NCBI RefSeq assembly: GCF_021869535.1
Contig: NW_026262593.1
Coordinates: forward strand, 31,992,001 to 32,056,000
Reading direction: 5' to 3'
DNA from: Mytilus californianus
Lineage: Eukaryota
DNA: 64,000 bases
Positions 25,745 to 36,114 of this stretch are shown piece after piece. Position 1 is the first letter of the stretch. Each line of letters starts with the position of its first letter. Under the pieces are notes generated by a model that saw nothing but the letters and a program-made list of their open reading frames with translations, had not been told where the DNA came from and ran no database searches. A program made the translations under genes and the position numbers.

Positions 25745-26945
25745 AACTTGTGTTGTAGGATCTCAATAATGACGACTTTGACTCTAAAGCACCCTGATTG
25801 CACCTGTGCTAGTTCCCCATTCATAGTTCCTATATAATCCGACTGGCCACGTTATTACTGGTGACCTAAACATTGTCAATAATACTTCTCTGCGAAATGT
25901 TTTATTTAAAGGGCCGAAATATCGTGAGCCTAAATCCATGAATTGGAAACACAACATCAAATACTAACGGATTCAGTCGAGGATTATCGTATCAAACATA
26001 AGCTAAAAGAACTCGCCAAGGAATTTGTTTTTGGCCCGGCTGATAAGGCTGCTAATAATATCATTATTGTTTAACATAAATTTTACATTGAGATTCTTCA
26101 ATAGGAAATCACGAATTCACCTACATTCAAACTGATTCCATTTTTGGAAAATGACATCTGTAACTAACATAAACTTTTAGCTATACTTTACAAGCAGAAC
26201 CAAATACAATGAAAGTTCCAACTATGTACTGGCTTCCGAAGCTGCACAAAACCCCTTACAAATATAGATTTATTTCGTTTTCAAGCCATTGTTACACTAC
26301 TAAACTGTCTATTCTACTTACTAGTACACTTGGAACAATCAAAAACCTGGTAATACATTGTTCAAATAAAGCCTTTGAAAATAGTGAAATTAATTACTTT
26401 TGGAGTGTCAAAAATTCGTTGGAAATACTTGATGAATTGCATGCTTATATTGGTGATTTCAAATCTATTCAAAGTTTTGATTTTCCTACTCTATATACTA
26501 CTTTGCCTCATAATCTCATTAAGAAAAAATTCACACACCTAATTAAATGGGCATTTAAAAAGTCAGAATGCGAACATATATGTTCAAACACTTTTAGGTC
26601 ATTTTTTTAGTAACAACAAACAAAAGAACTATGTCAATTGGACCTGCATTGATACGATAACTGTACTTGAATTTTTACTAGATAACATTTTTGTTCGGTA
26701 TGGAGATTCCGTATATCGTCAAGTAATCAGAATTCCAATGGGGACTAACTGTGCACCACTTATTGCGGACCTGTTTCTGTATTGTTATGAGTTACAATTT
26801 ATGACTCAAATCAACAAAGACCCATCGAAACAACATCTGATACAAAAATTTAATAACACTCTTAGATATTTGGATGATATTTTGGCTCCAAATAATGACG
26901 ACTTCAGTATGTACACTAAAGAGATTTATCCTGCTGAACTGGTGA
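25745..26945 (+). pseudogene. Penelope-like RT fragment 1 (frameshifted, 3'-truncated)
   Basis: YWLPKLHKTPYKYRFI, SFDFPTLYTTLPH, MGTNCAPLIADLFLYCYE and RYLDDILA; stops at YPAEL. Confidence 0.85.
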
Positions 26946-28165
26946 CTTGAGGCGTGAATAATCAGATGTGGATACTAAAAAAATCCAAAGATCTTTTAGA
27001 GTTCATACAATCTAAAACTCTTTCATCTTGCAATAGTATTAACACATTTGACTTTTTCTACACTAAACACAAGTATTCCCCATTCCAAACTAAAAGGCAA
27101 ATTGAAAAAGTTGGTCCTGCTTTGTTTTATAAAAAAGAATGGCCAACGGAGATACATGTATCTTGTTCTAGGGAGGGATAAATCGTACTTTGTAAAAAAA
27201 TCACTCTGATTCGAACAAAAAAAATTCTCTGAAACTGACATTATCAAGATGCTTGATTTCTTGATTGACAACATATTTGTTACGTTTGGAGGACGTGTTT
27301 TTCAACAAACAATTCGCCTTTCCATTGGAACCAATTGTGCTCCTCTTCTTTCCGACTTGTTCCGTTATTCATATGAGGCTGACTTCATACAGGAACTTTT
27401 TAGGAAGAGAAAAAAGGTTCGCAGTATCCTTTAACTTCACTTTCTACGATATGGATGATGTTTTCTCACTAAATAATTCAAAATTTGGTGACTATGTTGA
27501 AGACATCTATCCCATCGATCTTGAGATAAAGGATACAAGAGATACAGTTAAGTCTGCCTCATATCTTGACTTACATCTAGAAATTGACAATGAGGGTCGG
27601 TTGAAACAAAACTTTACGGCAAAAGTGATGATTTCAGCTTCCCAATTCTGATTTTTTCCATTTCTGCATGCAGCAACATTCCAGCAGCACCTGCATACGA
27701 CGGATATGATGAACAATGAAGCTATTAAACAAAGAGTTCCAAGTGATGAAGTTGAAATCATCACTTCGGAAAATTACAGATGCCATTACGACTTGGTTGA
27801 CCGTTATGGAATATATCCGTTTCATAGATGACAACGGATATATTCAAATTGTCGTAACTACAATCCCGTCCCCTTTTCCCCGAATGTGACCTATCGAATA
27901 AGACTTATCACCGGGTTTGTACCAACATGAGCAAAAAGACGGGTGCCACATGTGGAGCAGGATCTGCTTACCCTTCCGGAGCACTTGACATCACCCCCAA
28001 TTTTTTGGTGAGGTTCGTATTGCTCAGTCTTTAGTTGTCTATTTTGTTATTAGTGTACTGTTGTTTGTCTGTTTGTCTTTTTTCGTTTAGCCATGGCGTT
28101 GTAAGTTTATTGTTAACTTTCGCCTCTCTTTTATCGGTAAACACTATCGTAATATATCATATATG
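26945..28165 (+). pseudogene. Penelope-like RT fragment 2 (family A subfamily, 5'-truncated, with 3' end)
   Basis: QMWILKKSKDLL, GTNCAPLLSDLF, YDMDDVFSL and SYLDLHLEID; the 3' region is the reverse complement of 8275-8575. Confidence 0.85.
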
Positions 28166-28255
28166 TTTTTAATAGAACAACAAAAACATGTTTATATTTG
28201 AGTAATTCATCAACTGCAAATTTAGATATTAAATCGCTTACTTTGATTATTGCAG

Positions 28256-28289
28256 ACATGGTGGTCAAAAAGACTGGTGTAAACAAACA
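28256..28289 (+). other. Leader exon of acyltransferase copy 2 with a 1-nt deletion; its ATG opens a 7-codon uORF (MVVKRLV*)
   Basis: 32 nt from ATG 28258 to the donor versus 33 nt in copy 1; both splice signals intact. Confidence 0.7.
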
Positions 28290-28582
28290 GGTTAGTCTTG
28301 TATCATTTTTGGAATTTGATGCGACTGTCATACAAGTGAGAGGTTTAGCTAGCTATAAAACCAGGTTCAATCCACCATTTTCTACATAAGAAAATGCCTG
28401 TACCAAGTCAGGAATATGACAGTTGTTATCCATTCGTTTGATGTATTTGAGCTTTTGATTTTGCCATTTGATTAGGGACTTTCCTTTTTGAATTTTCCTC
28501 TTTTACTTTTTACTATTTTAACTGCCTAATACAAAACTTATAATCAATATTAGACTTTGTAAGTTATGTGATTGATTTTTAA

Positions 28583-28970
28583 GGATGTACTTAGGTGAGG
28601 TTTAGGAATTTGTGTCAGATGTTCGGACTCCTTGTTTTTTTGCCTTCAGTATAGGGTAAAATATTTTGCCCCATAGCACCCATTTTCATTTTCATATAAG
28701 TCTTCACTAGCTCATAAAAGGTCATTTACCAAACTTTAAGCAGATTCTAGTTTTCTATTCTTTCGATTTGAGACCCAAATAATACCAATTCAAATATAAC
28801 GTAAAAGTCCGAGTCAGCCTTTTCCTGCCGTTTTTAAAAATCAATTATCTCAAAAAGGAACTCCATAACCTATCAATGTTTTAGCTTATTGTGTTCCTTA
28901 ACTAATGCTCTGCCGACTTATAGTATCAATTTCAAATTCTAGATTTTCTTAATTTCACCTAAGTACATCC
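28583..28970. mobile_element. Non-autonomous TIR element, Kolobok-like, specific to unit 2
   Basis: 17-bp perfect inverted repeat aggatgtacttaggtga / tcacctaagtacatcct; flanks TTAA and TAAA; empty site near 15690. Confidence 0.8.
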
Positions 28971-29103
28971 TAAAAGTTAAAGTGATAAAAAAATGAACAG
29001 GTTGACTGTGACCTGAAACTCATTTCGTAAAATACAACAAGGTTAATTTAATTTTTTTTTAGGTTTCAACACATAATGCATATTTATTATTTTTGGGAGT
29101 TTT

Positions 29104-29418
29104 AATACAAATCAATGCTTATTCAATATTTTTTTTTTAAGTTTTAACACACAATGATTCCTTATACATACACGTTGTTATTTAAATTTTCGTGCACTAT
29201 TTCATAAATGAACTTATGATGCAGTTTTGTCATAATTTACGAAGAAAGGTTAGAATTAAACTTTAATTCTAACCTTTCTTCGTAAATTATGACAAAACTG
29301 CATCATAAGTTCATTTATGAAATAGTGCACGAAAATTTAAATAACAACGTGTATGTATAAGGAATCATTATGTGTTAAAACTTAAAAAAAATATATTGAA
29401 TAAGCATTGATTTGTATT
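29104..29418. repeat. 315-bp near-perfect palindrome (157-bp arms, 1-nt centre at 29261, 2 mismatches)
   Basis: Base-by-base pairing outward from 29261; mismatches only at 29152/29370 and 29130/29392. Confidence 0.95.
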
Positions 29419-29465
29419 TTTTAGTTTTTTTTAGCCATAACATATAGAACAGGCCGAGAAACTCT

Positions 29466-29807
29466 AAAAGAGGGACGAAAGATACCAGAGGGACAGTCAA
29501 ACTCATAGATCGAAAACAAACAACTGACAACGCCATGGCCAAAAAAAATAAAATAAAAAGACAAACAGACAAATAATAGTACAGATGACACAACATAGAA
29601 AACCAAAGACTAAGCAACACGAACCCCACCAAAAACTGAGGGTGATCTCAGGTGCTCCGGAAGGGTGAGCAGATCCTGCTCCACATGTGGCACCCGTCGT
29701 GTTGCTTATGTTATTAAAATTCGGTAAATAGTCTAATTCGGTAAGTCACATTCGTGAAAAGGGATGATATTGTAGTTACGACATAAGGAACATATCCGAT
29801 ATCATCT
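29466..29807 (-). mobile_element. Family A Penelope-like 3' end, specific to unit 2
   Basis: Highly similar to 8275-8610; truncated just inside the RT stop region. Confidence 0.85.
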
Positions 29808-30111
29808 AAAACATTAGAACAGTATTTTTTTTTATATTGGCCTGAAGTTAAACATGTTAAGATTGAGATGGGCAGAATAAGAGCAGAGTTTCTTAACTTT
29901 AGTGTATAAGACTTAAATACGAGTTAAAATCACAGCGCTGCTTAACGTATTTAGATCGTCACCTTACTTAATTCACAGTATGGAAGGAGACATTTTGTTC
30001 AATGAAACAACAATAACCTTATCGGTACCAATTTTAAGTGTATCATAAAGGAGCGGATCCAGGGTATTTTGAAAGGTGGGTATAATTCTCGAACACGATA
30101 GATATATGGAT

Positions 30112-31470
30112 GATTTGAATTATATTCATTTCGTACCCTAACCATTTCGTACCCCCCATTTCGTACCCTGGCAAAAACCATTTCGTGCCCTGACCATTTC
30201 GTACCTTGACCATTTCGTACCTCATAGAATATTTACATGTTTACCATTTCGTACCTCATGGAATATTTATATGTATACCATTTCGTACCTCATGGAAGAT
30301 TTGTATGTATACCATTTTGTACCTCATGGAAGATTTATTAGTGTTTCATTTCTTGGTAAAAACTGTCTCATTGATGTGCGCCATTTCGTACCTTATGGAA
30401 TATTTATATGTATAGCATTTCGTATCTCATGGAAGATTTATATGTATACCATTTCGTACCTCATGGAAGGTTTGTATGTTTGCCATTTCGTACATCGTGG
30501 AGGATTTATATGTGTTTTATTTCTTGGTTAAAACAGTCTCATTGACCTTTTACTGTGAGGCGGTAGAGGTCACGAGAAATGTCTAAAATTTAAAATGAAA
30601 GCACCTATGAGATATTATACAAATAGGAATAAAGTCAATAAACGAAATTTTTTGAAATCTGTAAAACTTTGTATTTAAGATATTTATTTCAAATATTAGT
30701 TGAACCTAAATGTATATATCATATGCATGGATTTTTTTAAAAATAATACTTTTAGAAAATATGCAATACACATGAAAAAAAGATATTTACCAAACGTTTT
30801 TAAAATTTAGAAGGTTAGATATAAGGATACAAAATAAATGAACTTGTAATTTCTCAAATTGAAAAAAACCATAGCAAGTTCTTTGATTGGTCACAAAAGG
30901 TGTAAATTCTTATGCAAACATTTTTATTCATGGCTTCCTTCTTGGGTGAATATCAGTTTGTGTACCTTTTCACTGCATTTCCTGACTAAACCAACTGTAA
31001 ATAACTATAAAAACAGTTGCAGATAATTATACCTTTGTTGGTTAATTAACCTCATATTTTTAGAGTTGAAAAATTAATTAAAAATTAATTAAGCATAAAT
31101 TCTGCAAACAAACAAAGTGTAATTAAAACTGTTAAAGTTTCCAAGTGCTGCTTAATCAAACCAATCATCGGTCTTTATAACATTTCTACGGCTGGATGCA
31201 TTTTATTTATGTTATTTAAAAATAAAAAAAAATCATCTCAAAATGTTTTATATCTTAAAAAAATGATGACTTTTACAAATATATAATACGAAATAGTAAA
31301 CATGTATCTAGTCCATGAGGTACGAAATGGTAGATGCATTTGGCCCATAGGGTACGAATTCGAAATGGTTTCTACCGTGGGTACGAAATGGTAAATGTTG
31401 GGTACAAAATGGTAATTTTGGGTACGAAATGGCAGAGGTATGAAATGGTCAAGGTACGAATTCACTTGCT
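30112..31470. mobile_element. Foldback-like non-autonomous element with inverted arrays of CCATTTCGTACC
   Basis: About 13 copies at 30127-30494 and about 7 inverted copies (GGTACGAAATGG) at 31319-31462; inserted within the homolog of the 15954-16134 MITE. Confidence 0.75.
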
Positions 31471-32354
31471 ACCGATGATTCCATGCCTTAAAAATGATTT
31501 TTTTTTTATTCAAAAGGGGGTACGCCCTCTTAGTCACACCCTTATTCTGCCACTGCCATATGTAGATTTAGACAATTAATATATCAAAGCCAAAATATTA
31601 GAAAATATTAAACCTAAGCACGCGTTGAATAGCTGATGCAATCGAAAAGAGTAGGATCGAATTGGAGGATACTTTTAGACAATGCAATGAAAGACAAATC
31701 ACCGTTTTAACTATGTTAGTCTGACCTATGGAGTGACGATATTTTCAATTTTGGTTTACGAACAATGCAATAACCCACAGTTCTTTAGATTCTTAAAAGA
31801 CAAATTAACTAAATGAATATGTAGGTGGTATATTTTATCTATTTTAAATTTACAGACGAATAGTTTGTTTTGGTGATGTAACTTGAGAGATGTTTTATCT
31901 TTTTGTCGGCCAATCTAATCAAAAAATAGATTGAGATATGAGATATGAGAATAAATACGAACAGGCGAATTATGACAGATCTGAATTTTAATCGATAAAA
32001 AGCCAAACAATATAGGTTTATCCTTTTTCTAACTCAAAAAATGTTCCATTCAAGATATGTCAATAAAAAATAATGTGCTAATATGAAATTTCATTGAACA
32101 CATGGATTCAAATCAAGGACATTCGCTCTCATCAGTTATATCTAACATGTTTGTAGCAAAATGATAAGGTTCAGTTCGTCATGGCCATGGCAGCATTTTT
32201 GTAAATGCCAACCCCCTATTGCACACCTGCACATGGTGGTTAACATTATTGTATAGTCCCACCAATTTGGGTCGATTCTGAGATCGAGAGCGGACAAAAT
32301 TGTTTGGAAAAATAAAAATAAAAAAGAAACGTTGAATAACAAACAGTCACAACT

Positions 32355-32714
32355 GCCTCGGTGGTCTCTTGGTAGCGTGTTCGCCTCGAGTGCTAGAAGT
32401 CGTTGGCTCGAACCCCGGTCAGGTCACACCAAATAGTTTAAGATTGGCATTTGCTGGTTCTCCGCTTAGCACGTGACATCAAGGAGTAAGAGCAAAGAAT
32501 GGTCGACTCGGAGGAAGAACAATGAATTAGGTAAGGTGATATGTCTTCCTGTGGATTGTTACCTTAGAACTAGCACGTTAAAATTCCGACTCAGCGTGTC
32601 GGTCTAGTTCAAAGCAGGGTTAATATTCATAATTACACTGAAATGTTCTCACCATGAACATGCATATTGATTTGTCGCTGTACGTTTAGCAGCTATCCAT
32701 CATCATCATCATCA
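32355..32714 (+). mobile_element. tRNA-derived SINE, MetaSINE-like central domain, (CAT)n tail
   Basis: A-box-like ggtggtctcttgg and B-box-like ggctcgaacc; ttggcatttgctggttctccgcttagcacg...aaggagtaagagcaaag resembles the bivalve MetaSINE body as I recall it (not aligned). Confidence 0.7.
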
Positions 32715-34192
32715 AACCGTCACCCCAATAGAAGATTTGCAGTTGCGACTTATAGCGGATGGCACCCTTGCTGCCAATAGCCACTATTCACTTTGAATCT
32801 TTAAACAGTGAATGCACATATATACATCACAACACATCTGTCTGTAAATTTTCATGAAGTTGAAAGCACTTCTCAATTTTTCACATTTTTACTGTTTCCA
32901 TGGTAACAGCGGCCATTTTGGAAATTCCAAAATCAAAAGCCACATCTGCACATACCAGTTAACATTTCTTTAAAGTTTCGTAACGTTTGGAGCATTTAAA
33001 TTTTTTTGCATGTTTCCTGGTGGCTATTTGGATAACTCCAACAACAACTGCCACATTGACTCATGCCATGTTACATATCCACAAGGTTTCATTGGGTTTG
33101 ATCCAATATTCGTTTAGAAAATGCAGTTTTAATGTGTTTTCCAATAGGGTTAATGTTAACGTTCCCCTTGTTGCCATGACAATTTTGAAATTTCTAAATA
33201 CTGTCTGCACATCTAGGCATAGTTCCCATTACATGACGTCTCAAGGTTAATTTCTCCCCCGCATATTAGTCATCAATTTGAACAGCTGATCGAAGAAAAG
33301 ATGTAGACTACTGGTGCACCAACGTTACCTTGATTACTTATACTTCGTTTGTGTTATTTTTCTAATACGATAAGTTCACTTGACATTCTTTTAGATACGA
33401 ACTATTCCAGGTCATGATACTCTGATACTTGTGCAGTAACATTTTTTAAAGCAATAAAGCATTTGCCGTTTGAATTGTTCCGAAGTGTCAAATGTAGAAC
33501 CTAATAATGAAATTTTGTGTAACCCAACGCTTACCAGAACGATGTAAACATTTTTCTTTTCTTCAGTGTTGTATGAATTCCGTTGCGACGACCATCTTGG
33601 ATTTCAAATCGGCAACAAAATTACGAAGTTGGAAATTCCCCTGCCTCCTCCTTCCCCCTTCCCCCCCCCAAAAAAAAAGAAAAAAAGAAAAAAAGAAAGA
33701 ATATATATCTAAATATTAAATTGGCAGGGTGATTTCTGGTAAAAAAAATTATGTGAAGTTTCAGTCAATAAAAACCTATAATTTGTGCTTTAAATTTCTA
33801 TTGCAAAAAAATACCTCATTGATTTAGGGGGAACATCTCAGTAATATTTCTGCCATGTTGTTAGCCCTTTTTTTCTGAAGAAAAACTATAAAGATGCGTT
33901 TTAATGGGATGATTATATGTTCTTCACAATTGGTGATCTTCGAATTCAAATCAAAATACCCTTTTTGTAAGACATAAATCGTCACTCATGCACAATGCTG
34001 AACGAGTTTCTCTCAAACCATATCTGAGGAGATGCCGTCTAGATGGTTATCTATGTTAAATAAGTATTACTTGGAGGGCATTTTATTTTTTGTTTTGGAT
34101 CGTGTTTTGGATCAGTAATAGAATGCCGTGGCGAGTAAACCCCATATCCATTCCAAAATATAACACGTTATCAAAAGAACCACTGAAGGTAC

Positions 34193-34411
34193 AAAAGAGG
34201 GACAAAAGATACCAGAGGGACAGTCAAAATCATAGATCGAAAACAAACTGACAACGCCATGGCCAGAAATAAAAAGACAAACAGACAAATAATAGTACAG
34301 ATAACACAACATAGAAAACTAAAGACTAAGCAACACGAACCCCACCAAAAACTGGGGGTGATCTCAGGTGCTCCGGAAGGGTACGCAGATCCTGCTCCAC
34401 ATGTAGCACCC
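34193..34411 (-). mobile_element. Family A Penelope-like 3' end fragment, specific to unit 2
   Basis: Near-identical to 8275-8492; absent at the paralogous site near 19390. Confidence 0.85.
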
Positions 34412-34722
34412 TGTTTACAATCCACCCTGTTTAAATTTTCTAAATAGGTTCTTAGAAGCTGGACGCTTCCGTAATGCGTGTATACGTGTATGTACATTTT
34501 ATGAATATTATTATAAATAATTGATACCATTAGCGTTAAAGGAAATATTTAAAGCTAATTTTCTCCATAAGATAATTTTAAAAGCGATAACTAGTATATT
34601 AAAAAAAATATTGTTTAATGATTGATATCAAGTATTGTAACCGATACAAATAGTTTTAGTTTAAATGTATAGTTATATGTTTTAATGATTTTGTTTGATT
34701 TCAGGTAGTGATACGTCAGACT

Positions 34723-36114
34723 ATGTCAGAGAAGAACCTACGTCCGTACTCACAAACAAACCCCAAAATGTCAAGGACATTGGGATTATTAGAAACAATC
34801 TACCACAAGTATACCTGCCGAGAAATTGATGTCATTCCTGTATACTTTAAAATGTCGACAAAACATCCTGTAACGCGTCATCACGTTCAGGAAGCATTGT
34901 TTACACTTGTAGATGAATATGCAGCTTTGCGATTAACAATTGTCCAAACTGGCCGCCATTCCTACAAATTTGTTGAAAGGAAACACATGCCCGTTTCCAT
35001 CCATGAACAGTACACAAACACTGACGAAACAATACTGATTGAAGAACGACTACATAAATTCGATTTTAGTCGAGGTCCTCTTTGGAAATTTACATGGTTA
35101 AAACATCCAACTAGGCATGGTGAAAATTCATTGCAATATCCATTCCATTTCTTCTTCATTTTTCATCATGCAATATCAGATTTTAATCAAATTCATATAA
35201 TCGTTCAGAGCTTGACCAGAAACATTCTTAACTCACAGAGAGTACTGTCAACAGCTCCGATATACAAGCGCAATCTATGTCCATCGATCGAACATGTTAT
35301 ACCATTGGATGTTGTAAAGAAAGTATCTCAGCCAAACCATAGCACAAAATGGCCAACATGTGCAATAGACACATACAATGCAGCATTTCATTACGAAATC
35401 GCAGAACTGCAGAAAAAAAATATTTCAACAGAAATGTGCACCCTACAACTAAAGGAGACGGAGTCGAGATCATTTTTCCGACAATGTAAACACCATAACG
35501 TTAAAATAACGTCTGCAATAGTTACAGCCATGACTATTTCGTTTACACAGCTTATTCAAACAGCACTTCCATCGAGTTCCAGCAGATTTGTTGTCCCCGT
35601 AGAAATAATGGTTGACTTAACAAGATACATTATAGATGACAGAATTAAACAGTCGTTTGGAAGCGTCGGGGCAATTCACCTACCATTTCTAGTTGAGATG
35701 AATCTCTTAGACCTAAAATCCAAGGGAAACTTTTGGTCCATAGCTCAACAATGCCAGACACGACTTGACCAAAGTCTAGCTACCGGGGAACCAATGAAAG
35801 TGTTACTGCGAGACGTTCCATCAGAAATAAACAATCAACCGAGAATGGGGAAGTCACCATTTGTCTTGTCTATTTCAAACATGGGCAGTCTTGATGATAT
35901 TATTCCGGAAACGTGCAAACATGAAATTCAGTTAGATGATTTCACTCTATGCACAAATGTCACTGTAGATTCCATGCCAGTGTTTTGGACAGGGTTCCTC
36001 ACGTTGAACGAATCATTAAAAATCGTGGTAGGCTATTGCAATAGCTACACTTCTAAGCAGACGACATTTGTATTTATAAATTCGTTAAGGGAGCTTTTAA
36101 TAAATTCCAGTTAG
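34723..36114 (+). CDS. HHxxxD acyltransferase copy 2 (463 aa from ATG 34723; exon starts at 34705)
   Basis: Intact ORF collinear with copy 1; HHAISD at 35164-35181; same tttcag acceptor. Confidence 0.8.
   Translation: MSEKNLRPYSQTNPKMSRTLGLLETIYHKYTCREIDVIPVYFKMSTKHPVTRHHVQEALFTLVDEYAALRLTIVQTGRHSYKFVERKHMPVSIHEQYTNTDETILIEERLHKFDFSRGPLWKFTWLKHPTRHGENSLQYPFHFFFIFHHAISDFNQIHIIVQSLTRNILNSQRVLSTAPIYKRNLCPSIEHVIPLDVVKKVSQPNHSTKWPTCAIDTYNAAFHYEIAELQKKNISTEMCTLQLKETESRSFFRQCKHHNVKITSAIVTAMTISFTQLIQTALPSSSSRFVVPVEIMVDLTRYIIDDRIKQSFGSVGAIHLPFLVEMNLLDLKSKGNFWSIAQQCQTRLDQSLATGEPMKVLLRDVPSEINNQPRMGKSPFVLSISNMGSLDDIIPETCKHEIQLDDFTLCTNVTVDSMPVFWTGFLTLNESLKIVVGYCNSYTSKQTTFVFINSLRELLINSS

Noticed and set aside
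25745-28165. Active autonomous retroelement, GIY-YIG endonuclease or selenocysteine read-through
   Set aside because: Multiple frameshifts and stops; no GIY-YIG motif or SECIS-like element recognised.
30127-30531. CRISPR-like short repeats with variable spacers, and ORFs 30206-30415 and 30271-30531
   Set aside because: Repeats are only 12 bp, spacers are related to each other, an inverted array lies 0.8 kb away, no cas genes, eukaryotic context.
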